Origin: Setoptus koraiensis
Lineage: Eukaryota; Animalia; Arthropoda
DNA length: 64,000 nt
Reading direction: 5' to 3'
NCBI GenBank assembly: GCA_048013815.1
Contig: CM106585.1
Location: forward strand, 21,328,001 to 21,392,000
The position numbers and the translations under genes were made by a program. Below the pieces are notes generated by a model that was not told the origin of the DNA, ran no database searches, and saw nothing but the letters and a program-made list of their open reading frames with translations. Below are positions 12,337 to 26,400 of the stretch, piece after piece. The first letter of the stretch is position 1. Every line of letters starts with the position of its first letter.

Positions 12337-13558
12337 GTGCAAGGCGTCCCAGCGAGCGTGCGTCTTGCTGTCAAGTGCGAATGGTCTGTCGAGCACGAAG
12401 CGCAGTGGCTGCCAACAGTTCGACGCTCGCCGGTTGGCCAATGCTGCTAACAGTTCGACGCTCGCCTATTGGCCAATTGTTGCGCCCCCGTTGCCACTGT
12501 TAGTTCGACTGTTGGTGCGACCGTCAGATCGGCGGCCGTTGGTGCAGCGACTGTTGGCTCGGCGGCTGGTGCGGCCGCTGCCGGCAACCAGTTCGATCTG
12601 ATTGTGAGCAGATCTGATCCACTCAGCGCGTTCGCCGGCCCATTGTCGAGTGCGCAGATTCAAAACAAAGCGCGCCAAGCCGGCGGGCAGTGGCATTGGC
12701 ATTGACGATGGCGTTGGCAGTGTCGGCAGTGTCGGCAGTGTCGGCAGTGTCGTTGGTCGGGCGAGCTCCACAGTGGAGGCAACCCATTAGCAAACATGCA
12801 GATTATGATGTAAAAATCCCAGGTAAATGTAGGGGATCAGCAATCTGATGCGAGTGCGTTTTTTCCATTGTTGCCGTCACTGGCAAGCACTTAACTTGCG
12901 AGCACTGCAATTAATCGGCAAGCAAGTGACGCTGACCAGCGATCTTATCGCACTGGCAGTTATCTGTGAGTGAGCGACAAACATTAGTGAAATTTTCCGT
13001 TCTGTTGGCTCAAATCAGTGCAATTGATCAATTAATATTTGCAAACACCGATGATGACATGAGCGGTGTCTGGCGATGTCACTGATCGCAGCTTGCGATT
13101 GACAGTAACGCATGATTAACACGACGCTTGTCACGTTTCTCCGTTCTGTGGCCGAAACTTTTCCTCTTTCACTCCTGCTCTCTCGCATCCTTTCTTGCCC
13201 TCCTTGCCCCCTCCCTACCAACAACTACTGCTAATTGTTGCCGCTAATCCCCCCCCCCCTGCCAGCCCACTGCACCGGCAGCGACCAGCAGCGACAACAA
13301 TGACCAGCCACCACTACTCATCGGCTCGTCAGCTGAGCGGCAAAAACCGACTGATTAATTATTAATTATCAATTAATTGTAGCTGCCCCTCCACAGTGCG
13401 CGAGTCATTTTTTGGGTGGCGCACCGACAGCGCTCGACGGCAAGCCCCGAATGGCGGCCCCCACGTGGGCGCCCTCTCGCAACTGTCATCGCGTGCCGCA
13501 ACAATCGCCACAGCAACTGTCACCCGGGCAACTGTCATGCTGCCCATGTATGTGGCCC

Positions 13559-13632
13559 GTTCGACCGTTCGACTGTTCGACTGTTCGACTGTTCGACTGT
13601 TCGACCGTTCGACTGTTTGACTGTTCGACCGT
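13559..13632. repeat. 8-mer tandem repeat (TTCGACTG/TTCGACCG)x~9
   Basis: Visible tandem units; they generate the RTVEQSNS ORF repeats. Confidence 0.9.
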
Positions 13633-16600
13633 TCGGCCGTTCGCGGCAACAGGTACCTGTTGCCCGAAACTGGTCGCACCGGTATGGCCGCGCACGCGGC
13701 CACATGCGCAGTGTATGGCCGGTTTGGGCCGCATTTGTGCACAACTGGCCTCTGCAACTGCCAGCCGTCGGCCGGGCCGGCCCGCCAATCGTCAGCTGAT
13801 AATGAGCGCAGTGCTAATTAACAATTATGGTTGACAGTTTAACAGGCGACAATTCAATTGTCACAATTGTGCGCGTGCTTGTTTCCGAGAGTGTGCGTGT
13901 TTCGAAGAGTGTGTGTTTGTAAGGAAGGGGACACGAACAGAGCGATTAATCAGTCGCTTTGGGCCAATTATTCACTTTCACTGCCGCCACTATAAACAAT
14001 GGTCGTGCTCGAAATTAAAACAATTAGCTGCATGACAAAACGCCGTTCACTTGTGAACGTTTAGCCGTTTAGCGGGCCTGCTGGCGCTGCGAGCAGCATC
14101 ATTATCACAGGTAAGTGAGGCTGACAATTGTGAGGCGATTAGCGTTCTCACTGGCAGCGGCGGCGGCAGCAGCAGTATTCGCTACCGCTAGCCGGGCGAT
14201 AACTCGAAAACAAACAGCAATAACTGGCTCCGGGTGACGTTCTGTCTGCCGAGATATCCCTGCACCGTGTGCGCCGGAGCTCTGAGAGATGTGCCCGCCG
14301 ACGGCTTTGCAGAGGCACACAATGAGGCATCAATAGGATATATACAGAGAGAGAGATACACGGCCATGATACGGCTTTATTGGTCAGTGTCGTTGTGACT
14401 AAAATGGCCAGTGAATAATTAACGAGACGACAATCGTTAGACGACAAAGTGCGCACCGTTCGGTTTGCACGCCTCACTTTGCGTCGGCCCGTCGGCCGAC
14501 CATTCAACATGCCGTGGCGTTGATACAACGCGCCAGTTGACAATTAATCAGTTTGTTTTAGCTCTAGGCACATATTATTTGCGACCAATACAAACTGCAG
14601 AGTGACCAGTTTGCGAACGAAAGTTTGGGCATAAATAGAAAGTTTTGCGCCACTGTCCGTCGGTTGGCCTGTTTGTGTGTGTTGTTTGGCGAAGAAAGAG
14701 AAAGCTGCTGCCGTTACCGGTACCGCGACACACCGTTGTCGCTGCTGCTATTTTTAACATTAACAACATTCAACAACAGCGCCGGCCAGATGCCCGGCCC
14801 CATATGCCACCCACACGCGCCACTTAGGTGCGCACCTTATGTCGGCCGGTGCGCCACCGACATCGGGCCACCAGTTGCTGGGCCGTCCATTCATGCATTC
14901 ATTCGGGCTGTTACTCCCCCGATTCGACTGCCCATTGCAACACATGCCGCGCGATTATGTCATCGGCACTCTCAACCAATGGCCGCCAATGGCGCCACCG
15001 ACCGTCGCCAACACCGGCCATTGCAGCCACCCAAATACCCAAATACCGATATATCGAGCGGGCCAGATATCGCTCGTGGTCTGTATCGGCTGTTTACGTA
15101 AATAGCCCCGGTGAGCGGTATTGGTGACATTGTTGCAAACAGAGTTACCGTATGCCGGTGCCTGGTCATCCGTTCAGCGACCGAAAACGCGCTGCAATGA
15201 CAATGCGTGTATGGCGCGCTGGCCGCTTGGCGGCCACAATTGTCAGCAACAAGTGAGCCACAACGGGTGTGTCTGCCCAAGAGGTGGCTCGCTCGCGATG
15301 CGTGTCAGGCGCACTGCGGGTCGCTCTCCGTGAAGCGCAGCCCACTTACTGCCGTGCAACGCTCGTGACAATGCGAGCGCTCACTGTTGCGCCATGTGAA
15401 GTACGTCGTTATTACGCATTATCGGGCCGCATCGGTGCAACCCACAAGCGCCACCTCCCGAACGGAGGGCCAACGCGGCGCCAGCAACAACAGTTGTTAT
15501 TTAGAGCGTTACTTTTTTAGGCCAACCGAAAGAGGCCAAGTTGCGCCCGTTGCACGGGTACGTGGCACGGGCAGCAGCGTTACGCCGTCACAAGAGGGCC
15601 TGACCTGATTATGGTTGCGTCGTGTATTTGCATGCCAGGGCCGGTTGCACAAGCCATGGGCGAGTGTGACATAATGATCGAGAGTTGGACAGATTGCGTA
15701 CACTGCGCCGGGCATCGACACGTTGCTTCGGCATAACGTGTCGTTGGCGTAACGTGTCGTTGGGGGAGTAAAAATAGACGACGCCGAAAATAATGGAGAT
15801 TATTTATAGAGGCACACACACACAATGGCTAGTGGTTCAGTTATGATAACAGTTGTTGCTGTTACGATAGCGATGAAAGTGACACACAACGCCAACACCA
15901 TTGTTGCGGCCAACTGTTGCCATTCATTTCGCTTTCTTTCTCGCTTACTCGAGAATGTCGCCGGCATGTTGAGGCGCTCTGACTCAGAACTTCTGAGGCA
16001 CTCGGCGGCGGCGGCGGCGGCAGCGGCGCGGCTTGCACAATCGGCGCCGAGGGGACGCCGACAAACTGTCACTGGCGACTAATCGAGCAAATACCGACAG
16101 CCGCCGGCTTGCGCCCCCGATCGACGATCGGCGCAACGGGCCTCGGTTGACGGGGCCGACAGCGGCGGCGTTACAACGCCGCTCGCAACGCCGATTGGAC
16201 GACGTGCCAGCGTCGCCAGCGTCGGCCGGCATCAGCGCACAGGCCGAAATTGTGTGCGCGAACGCGTTCGAACGGCCCAACGCGAACGCGCCGAACGCCC
16301 AACTCGAAGGCGGCCAACGCTCCAACGGGGCCGCGTTCGAAGACGGCGCCGCGGCATGTGCTAACTGTCGCTACCTGAGCCGGCGACCTACTTTCGGTGA
16401 GTGCTCCGCGAGTGTGTGCGCCTCTTCCTCCCCCTCAGTTGGCCGAGTTATTGTAGTTGCTGTTGCTGTTGTTGTTGCTATTGTTGTCGCGCTGTCGCAT
16501 TGTCTTGCACGTACCAGCGCCCACTTTGGGCATGCTTTTGCTTGCGCGTTCCAACTCGCGGCGACGCGGGCGCCGCCGAGCACGCAACCGGGCAACTGTT

Positions 16601-19600
16601 TTGTGTGCTCGCGTTTCGGTCCAGTTTTCTCGGCTTCTCGGTTTCTCGGCTTCTCGGGTTCGGGGGCGCCTGCTCGGCGTCGCCGTGCGCTGTCGGTCTA
16701 TTTTGAGCGCCCGCCGAGAGCAGCGCGCAGAGCAGCATCGACAGCGGCATCGACAGCGGCATCAGGAGCAACGTTGCGACGAGCAACCGGCCAGAGCGGG
16801 GCCCAATCGCGCAAAATTGTTCGCCGGAGCGCAATCGAATCGCCGCCGCCTGCCGACCGTTCGGTGCCGTTCGGTGCCGTTCGGTGCCGTTGGGCATTTT
16901 GGCGTCTTTCACTGCTGGTGCAAGACGCCAAAATGCGCCACGGCAATGACTCAACTCGGGCCCGAGCGCGGTTGCGTCACTGCGTCGACTGGATGCGGTT
17001 GCTACGCTGGCTGGATGTGGTTGCTACGTCGGCTGGGTGTCGTTGCTGCGTCGGCTGGATGCCGACAATCTCAGCAATCTCAGCGCGCCCAGAGCAGAAA
17101 GCGGCGCCGGCAGCGCCTCGCAGCGGACGGTCCAGCGGCGGCCATTATGATATGATTTGATTTATCAGCACTACTGACTCAAATTGTCAGCAAATGACGA
17201 GACACACTGGCCCACAATTGGCAGGCAGCGGCTCCCCTCGCCAACTGGCCTTGGCTCGCCGACTGTGACCGGCTGGCCGACGGCGGCCTTGTCGAGGCTC
17301 CGTTGCGAGCCCCACGCCACGGCGACTCGCACGGGCGGCATCACGCGGAGTGGAGTGCGGACGGGCGTGCGGAGCGGCCGAAGCGGCGAGACGGCCGGCC
17401 GTCTATTTGTGGAAAGTTTCGCAAGCGGCGTGCTTAGCGTTTATTGTCTGCCTGTTTGTCTATCTATGCGTCTATCTGTTTGTTTGCTCGCTGCGAGTTG
17501 TTTGGCTGCCGCTGCTGTTGCCGCTGCTGTTGCTGTTGTAGTGAAAATGTTTGTGAAATGTTACGCAAAAAAGGGAGAGAGTTGTTAGAGTTGCCGTAGT
17601 TAGTTAGCGTGCTGCTGTTGGCGCAACATCACGCAAGCACGGTACGGGCGAGAACCGGCCACCAAAAAGGCTGCATGCCTTCGCTGCGCCGGCAACCGGC
17701 AGCAACAACCGCGCCAACAACCGCGCCAACAACCGCGCCAGCAGCAAGCACGGCAACAACAACGACGGCAGCAACGACGGCAGCAACGACGGCAACAACC
17801 ACGCCAACAACCACGGCAACAACCACGGCACCAACCACGACGCCAACAGCCAGCAACCGCCGAAAGAAGCTGCGCAAAAGCTGCCAAGCTAGACAATTTA
17901 TCATGCTCGTGAATAGTAATGGCAGCGATGCGAGCACACAAACAACAGCGCCTGCAACAACAACGCAAATGTTGTTGTGTAAGCTAAAGTTGGCTGGTTG
18001 TTGCTGTTGCTGTTGTTGTTGTTGTAGATGCTGCATCGGCTGCAGCGAGCGGTTCAAGGTCGCCCTTTGAACTCTCTCTCCATTTGCGCCATCGCCGGCA
18101 GTGGTTGTTGTTGTTGTTTTCCGACAGCGACAGCAACAACAGCAGCGACAGCAACAACAACAGCGACAGCAGCAGCAACGACAACAACAACAACAACAAG
18201 ACCGGCGGCTGTCGCCGGCAAGTTGCCGCGGCCGTTCCGTGGAGAGCGACACGAATTGATGGACAGGCCGAGTTAAGTGCTGGCTGGCCGGCCGCTCCAC
18301 ACTCCGGAGTCCAGAGGCGTCGACGCAAATGGCCGCCATCTTGGCTCGGCGCTCACAAACATATATTTCGACTTGTATTTTGTTTTCATACCAGATGAGT
18401 TATATCAGTGGCAGTTGCATAACTGGCTTGAGTTATATAACTCCGACTCGCAACACAACAGCCAGCGCGTCACCTGGCCGGCGTGCTGCTCCGATGGCCG
18501 CTGCAAGCTAGTGGCCTTGCTCGCCACGGCCACCGCTTACTACCGGCTTGTCGGCTGCCATTTCACTGCCATTTTAGCCGTTTTCACCGGTGCCGCTGGC
18601 ATGCCATTGAGACATTCAAACATGGCCACATTCAGACATTGGGACACCGACACACTGAGACATCCACACATCGACACACACTGAGACTCTCAATTCGAGA
18701 GTGACGCCGCCAAGCGAGCGCGCATTGTTGCCGAGCGAGCGCCAAACAGCTAACGTGCGCAACGTTGCAATTGCGTGCCAAGTCGCTCTGCGCCATCCAT
18801 TACTGACTGATATACGACTCATATATATATATGACTCATGCATATTTAAATATATATATATTTCAATATATACGACTGCTGCAGCAGTGAGTCGCAGCCA
18901 AGTCGCCTCGGTCGCAACAACAGACTCGTCCAACTCGTTCACCCCCCCCCCCGTGCCTTGAGCGGGCCTCCTGTGCGCCTCTCGCAACCGACGATTTGTG
19001 CCGACTGTGCGCGCCCAATTGTTTGTGTGCGCGCAGGAATTGTGTCAGGTTCAAGGACACGGCTCGCACTCTTTGCGCACACTTTTGTATGCGCACACTG
19101 CTGTGTATACTACAAGCACGCACAGGCACACGCACGAGCACGACACATAGGCACGACACACGAGCACGACACACGGGCACGAAAGAGGGCGCAAACAGGG
19201 CTCCAGTTGTGCCAGAGCCAGCCCCAGAGAACCCATTCAGTACAATGCAGTGTCTCTGTGCGATGCCGTATCCCTGTGCACTGCCGCGTCTCTGTGCAAT
19301 ATCTCTGTGTGTAATAGCAGCTCTATGTAGTAGCAGCTCTATGTAGTAGCAGCTCTATGTAGTAGAAGCAATTAATGGTGGCTCCACTTCCGCCCAGAAG
19401 TGTGCCCCGGCGAACGCGCGCGCTACCACGTGCCCGACTTCCTGTGTGGCAGCAGTTGCAACGGGTTGATCACCTGTTGATTGTCGGCGCGGGTTGCCTG
19501 CTCGGGCGCCGGTCGAGCGCTATTAGAGCGCCAGTCGGGCGGCATCCGAGCGCCGCCGAGTGAGTTGAGTGAGTGATCAGCGATCGCTGGCCGGTGAGCC

Positions 19601-20379
19601 GAGTGAAAGCGCCGGAAATAACTCTTGCCCCGTGCGTTGGCCGGGCCCGCTGCCAGTGGCGCTGTCAGTGGCGCTGTCAGTGGCACTGCCAGTGGCGAGT
19701 GGCGGCGACCGGCGCCGCGTTGGGCACACACGAGTGGCCAAACAACGGTATTTGCGCTCTCGGGTTATTGATAGTGCGTCAGTGACAGCGATAGCCCGCG
19801 ACATGGATGCCCGCGATAGAGACGTCAATGGCGACAGTGGCCAATAAGTGGCGAAAGTGAGCCGCTCCGCAGTGACCTTGCAGATGGTGCCATATGAGCA
19901 TATGAGCGCTATGTCAGCTGACAATTTGCGAAACGATGCAAGCCAAGCAGAGCAACAGCCGACCAGAATATCTCTGTTTGTGCGCGCCTCGTGCAGCGGC
20001 TCGCGTCCGCATCAGCACGAGCCGCCGCGCACCGACAAACAAACGAAAGTAGCGGAAGTGGCGGAAGCGTCGCGATTGTTCCATTGTTCGCCATTGTGTG
20101 CCCAGCTCGCGACCGCTACTCGGGCCGCTCGCGATAATCTGGCCGGCGCGGATAATCTCGCTACTGCCCGTGATACTCGGTCTGATGCTCGGGCCTCTCG
20201 TGACGCTCGGACCGCTCGTGATACTCGGGCCGCTCGGGCGCTGTGGCCCGGGTGGCGGCCGCGGATGACGCGCAATGTTCCGATGGCCGCCAGAGGCGGC
20301 CGTGAGCGAGTGAGCGCAGTCAGCGTCGAGCCAGCCAAACGACCGCTGGCGGGCTGATTGGGTCTGATTGGGTCACGCT

Positions 20380-20429
20380 GCGGACCGATTGCGGACCGAT
20401 TGCGGACCGATTGCGGACCGATTGCGGAC
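20380..20429. repeat. 11-mer tandem repeat GCGGACCGATT x~4
   Basis: Visible tandem units. Confidence 0.9.
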
Positions 20430-21859
20430 TGACTGCGACTGTTCGCCCGCTGACGTTTGGCTGTTTGGTTGGCTGCTTGGTTTGGCACTTGTTGACTGTT
20501 CGGGCGACCGTCCGATTGCGCGAACAGGCAAACAATTGCGCCGTCTGTGACGTAATCGCATCTACGGCCGACGGCCAACAACAAACAGCCAACAACAGAC
20601 AGCCAACAACCGACAGGCAACAACCGACAGGCAACAGGCAACAACTGACGGCGGGCGGTTGTTGTTTGCCGAGTGCCGAGACAAAGCTCGTCGGACAAAC
20701 AGCAAGGTGCCCAAAGTGGCGCTCATTGTGAGCTCACGGGAGTTTTGCGACAAAACCCGACGTTTGTTATTTGCGCGGGCACGTCGCTGGCTTGTGATGT
20801 GACGGGCCAATTTGTGCCCAAATCAGTGCCCAAACACGCCGGCGATTATGCAGTGCGCATGCAGCAACCACCGCCAACCACCGCCAACCGCATTGTGTGA
20901 CCGACAATGACATTGAACCCTGGCCGGCGATGGATATCAGCAGATATTCATCGCCGATGAGCGATCAGCGAGCTTATTTGTCAAATATCAGTGCTGCTGT
21001 CGCTGATTAAATATTAACTGGCAATTGACGTTGGCGATGCCAACCAGTTAGATTAGCCGCAATGGCAAGGGTTTGTGTGTTGTCGCCATGCAGCAGGGCC
21101 ATTGATGATTTGGCAGCCATGATCGACAGTCATAGCCGGCGAGATAATTCAATGGAAACACACGCTGCTGGTACACAAATGTCACGTAATGCACATTACA
21201 TAATGGCCATCATCGCGGCGCTGACAGCTAGCTGGCAAACAATGCCAACACTGTGGCACTCAGTGGTGAGTATACTCTTGTCAGTATATCATTGCGAGAT
21301 GATTAGGTATTATGCGATCATTATTGCGACGATTGTGCATTATGCGACGATTGTGCATTATGCGACGATTAGGCGCGTTGTGAGATACTGCGAGTAGCGA
21401 TAGAGTTGCCAGTAGATGACCGATAATGACAACAAAGCGCGACCCTGTATCGCGCTAATTAATCTCCATTGCCATTCGTTGGCTCAATTGGATCACAATA
21501 GCGAGCGTCGCTTGCGTGCTCGCTGGCAGTTTCCATTGCCACACACAAACTGGCTGACGATCCCACTGTGCGACCATCCGATTGCCGGCGACTAGCAGTA
21601 GTTACATAATCATTGTGTCATAGTGTTCGGCCGCATTTGTCGATTTGTCGCTTGTCAATGCGACCGTCGCAAACAGTTGGATCATGGCCAAGGCACGAGC
21701 CACAGATAACGTACGTTTATCGCGTCCGAACTGTAGGTGTATCGACAAACACTCTCCCGTCGGTTGTTTATGTTTCTGATTGTCGCGATACCGCAGATCT
21801 CCATACTCCACAGAGATCCGCGGAGATCCGCACAAACCCGCACAGGTCCGCACAGATCT

Positions 21860-22097
21860 GGCCTAGACTCGAGGCCTAGACTCGAGGCCTAGACTCGAGG
21901 CCTAGAGGCAGCCGATGGCCACGACTTCGACCGCGTCTCTGCTCGAGGCGCATCGTCTGGGCCACTCTGGCCAGTGCCGATGCTTGCCCGGGTGCCAGAG
22001 TGATGGGTACCCAGAGTGATGGGCACCCAGAGTGATGGGCACCCAGAGTGATGGGTGCCCAGAGTGATGGGCACCCAGAGTGATGGGTGCCCAGAGT
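21860..22097. repeat. 13-mer GCCTAGACTCGAG x~3.5 (21860-21906) and 16-mer AGAGTGATGGGCACCC x~6 (21997-22097)
   Basis: Visible tandem units. Confidence 0.9.
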
Positions 22098-23349
22098 GCC
22101 CGGGGTGGCCCAAGTGGGCAGAGTAGCCCGTTGATCACTTATATGAGTTATATTGCATAATCGTCGGCCCGTATGAAACAATTGTGAGCGCACAATCTTG
22201 TTGAGGCGACCTGTTGATGCACAGGCACAAGTGGCGCCAGTGTGACATTGCCGCAGCTTTCATTATCACCACTCGGCAGCAGCAGCAGCAGCTAATTAAT
22301 TAGGTTCGTCTGTCTGTTTGTTTGTTTGTTTTTACCACTTCATTTGCCATCGGCCGTTCAATGTGTTGCGACACTGTGTGCTATATGCGCCGCTACGGTG
22401 GCGTTTGGCGTAACTGCTGCGTTCAGCTAGCTTGTGCAGTGCTGTTGCTAATCGCCGCTGCGTTTATCTGCGCCCGGATCTCGACAACAACAACAACAAC
22501 GACAACAGCAACAGCAACGACAGCAACGACAGCAACGACAGCAACGACAACAACGACAACAAATGGTAACGACGCTCGCATTTTATCTACTGCTACCAGG
22601 TACACACACCAGGGGACAGCAACATTGGCGCACATTAGTGGACGCACAAGCAAACACTGCCAACAGAAAATACCCTCTGACGTGTAATGTGTGTTGACAC
22701 AAACGCTTAATTACATAACAGCAACAACAATAACTCGCCGGGGGTATTTGCAGCACCGCAAAAGGGGTATCGAGCAACAATTGCAACTCACTAACAGTGT
22801 GAAAGTCGCCCACTGCCCACAGCGAGATTCGGCCTGCGGCCGCCTAGTGGCGGGCATGCCCAAGCAACCGTCGCGGGTAACGTTGGCCGCCAATTTCACT
22901 TGTAACTGACCGGCCATCCACTAGCTGACCAGCCTGGCAGCGCGGCCATCTTGTAACTGGCCGGCGCGGCCAAGGTTGGCGGTTGTTGTCGTTGCCGCTG
23001 TTGCTGTGGCTGTTGTTGCTGTTGTTGTTGCCGCCGCTGTTGTTGTTGCCGCTGTGGCTGTTGTTGTTGTTGTTGTTGCTGCCGTGGTGCACACGCATGA
23101 GTGTGTAGGTATGTATTTATCGTCCGCTGCTGGCGGACAAACGGACAGCGGACGACCGGACAAACGGACAGCGGTCGGTACAGTTGGTGCGGTCGCCATT
23201 AAGTCGGCTGTTACGCCGGCAACAGCGACGTTGCCTCTCGACGCTTGAGCCGCGCAGTGAGAGCCACTCGCTGGGAGCCGCCTCTTGCCTGTTACGTAAC
23301 ACACAGCCAGTTGCGTGAAATTGTTGTTGGCGGTGATTGCGCAATTGAG

Positions 23350-23460
23350 AGTCGAGCGTCTAGCGTCGACGCTTGCGAGCCCAGAGTTGAGCGTCGAGCG
23401 TCGAGAGTTGAGCGTCGAGCGTCGAGAGTTGAGCGTCGAGAGTTGAGCGTCGAGAGTCGA
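23350..23460. repeat. 7/14-mer degenerate tandem repeat GAGTTGAGCGTCGA
   Basis: Visible tandem units. Confidence 0.85.
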
Positions 23461-26400
23461 GAGGCAACAACTGCAAGTTTGCGCACTGCAGTGAGGCAAC
23501 CACAACAGCAACGACTGCAACAACAACAACTACAATAACAGCGGCGGCAACAACTGCAACAACTACAATAACAGCAACAGCGACAGCAACAAGCAAAAGT
23601 GGTGGTGCCTCCGTCGCTGTTTTCGTTGTTGTGCGGTTGTGCTGGCTCATAGCTGCATGAGTGGCAATGGTGAGCAGCCATAGGCAGCCGAAAGCCATAA
23701 GCAGCTTCCTCTGTCGCATTATGTAATGTGCGGCAGCGTTAGCCAGACTTGTGAGAATGCACGAGAACATTTACGAGAGCTAGTGTGTGTGAGAGCTGCT
23801 CATCTGCTGTCGCTGTTGTTATGTAATCATCGGTGATGTGATGCATGAACTGGCAGTGAATTGCTGGCTCGGCTGCCAGTCGGCCCAATGCCGCTCGCCG
23901 AAGCCGCCCGAAGCCGCCCGCTGAAGCCGGCCGCCGAAGCCGAGCGCACCGGCTAGCGCCAGCCGACAGTACCCTTCAGGCTCGCTGCCGCGCCGCCAGT
24001 TGAGCAACTAGCGAGCGCAAAGAGAGGAGCAACAACAACAACAACAACCAGTGTAAACTTTTCCAATGCCATTACTATCGTTATTACATAACTTCTTTTA
24101 TGTGGTGAGTAACTGAGCAACGACGAGCCTGTCAGTGTTTGCCTGAGGAGAGTAGAAAACAAGTTTCGCGATATTTATATGCAACGACGACGACGGCGAC
24201 GATCATTATAACCGCTCGGGAATGACCTGAGGCGGGGGTCGCACTCGCCACTAGCTTGCAGCGCGCTTAATGCGCCGGGGTGAAGGTCGAGTTGATCAAC
24301 TTGAACAGCGGCAACAACAACAACAACAACAACAACAGCAACTGCAACAACTGCAATGCTGCTGCAACATCGCTATTCATCGCCGAGCTCGATTCGTCGC
24401 CGTCCGCCAGCCTTTCGCTCTCCTTTCTCTTTTTGCTTTCTCATTCAACTCGCACACAACAACTGCCAATGTTTTGCCCGACAGCCGCCGCCGCCGCCGC
24501 TCAAAAAACCAAAAGTCTATTCCGACGCCCGGCGAGCGTGTCCTCCTGCCGGCAACAACTATTAGGGGAGTGCACACTTGTTGTTGTCGTCGTCGTCGCT
24601 GTTGCCGTCGCTGTTGTTGTTGCCGTCGCTGTTGTTGTTGCCGTCGCTGTTGTTGTTGTCGTTGTTGCCGTGGCTGTTGCTGTCGCTGTCGCTGTTGCAG
24701 TCGCTGTTGCATCACAACTGCTCGTTGCGGCAACTAAAACTCTCCGACGGTGTCCATGAACCTGACACGAACTCGCACAAACCGCATTCTGGCGCGTTAC
24801 AACGCGCTGCTGCGCCCATCTGCGCCCGTCTGTGCCTGCGCACAGTTGTTACGCAATCTTGATATCCACAACTCGCTATTTCGATATCCACAACTTGCTG
24901 TTTTGATATCCACAACTTGCCATTATGATATCCACAACTGGCTGTTTCCACAGCAGCGGTGCCCCCCGCTCGGCACACAGCGGCACAGTGCTCAACACCC
25001 GACTGACAACACTTGTGGCTGGCAAGTTGCGAGCTGCATTTACTCTGGCTGTGCAGCTCGGTGCAGCTCGGTGCAGCTCGGTGTAACACGCCAAAGGCGC
25101 GCAGCAGCTCCGCCGGGGCCACATCGGGAGCTCGCCAAATGTTTGCGCCGACATGCGCACCGCATTCGAACAGTCTCGGGCCGATTCGAAGCGATTCGAA
25201 TCGAATGAGCCATCGGGGGCGACAGGCGGACAGACGGACGGACGGACGGACGGACGGACGGACGGACGGAGGGCTGTTTGAGAGACGCCAACAACAATAG
25301 GGCAACAACCATCGGATGCGTCATGCGCAAACAATATGCTGGCGGCGGCAACTCGCGCGCCAGCAACTGTTGCGCCGACAACACACAACAAGCTGTATCG
25401 CCGATGTGTTGTCGTCAGCATTCAAAGTTGCTGCAAGTTACATAACAATCGGAATTATTATGTAACACACACACACACATTGTTGGCGTATTGGACAACA
25501 ATTTCGCGTGGAGCCCACTTGTTGTTGTTGTTCAAGTTGAAGTTGAACAGCACACAAACAACAACAACAACAACTGCGCACGCTGTCTGACGAGCAACAA
25601 CAGGTAGGCGTGACAGTGAGGCGAGTTAATCGGCTGGCGAGCTAACAACGACAACAACAACAACAACAACATCATCATCATGTTGCTCCCCCGAAGCAGC
25701 AACAACAACACCGATTAGTGGCGACGACACTGCAAGCGCTGCATGCGTACAGGTGAGCAGACGTGACAGGTGAACTGGCGACGGTTGCGAGTGAGCCGAC
25801 GCCGGCGGAGAGAGTTGAACAACAAGCGCCCGCCTGCTTCTAGGATCATGCTCCCATAGCCGGCTTGTCGGGTAGCCGGGTAGTCGCCGTCGGGTAGTCG
25901 CCGTCGGGTAGTCGGTGCGTCTGTCACAACGAGCGCCTCGCTGGCGAGCGTGTGCTCGCGCAACCGCCGACCGTCTCAATGTCTCAATGGCTCGCAGTGT
26001 CAGTGTCTCGAAATCTCCAAGTGTCGCTGTCTAGAAGTCTGACAATCGCCGAGATTGTGAAAAGTTGCCTGGCGAGGTACGGAGCCCGCCGATTCATGGC
26101 CATTCGTCGGCTCTGTTGGCGTGTCTCGTCGGCGTGTCTCGTCGGCGTGTCTCGTCGGCGGCATTGCGAAAATTGCCAGCTCCGGCGACTGTTGGTTGTC
26201 GCGAAATTGCCTTAAATCACAGCCATTGACATATCGCGTTGCTCACGTTGCCTAGGCACTCTAACAAATTGTAAATGAGTCACACGCAACGTGCCTCACG
26301 TTCTAAATCACTTGCAATCTCAGCCAATTCTTGCCTATTTATTTCTCTTGTCGCAACAGCCTGTTGCGTGAACAACAGCCACAAATCCAGCCTGTCTCCA

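Noticed and set aside
16033-17160. 375-aa plus-strand ORF and overlapping long ORFs
   Set aside because: TTG start, Ala/Arg-rich and GC-driven, overlapping ORFs in several frames, no domain motifs or convincing splice sites.
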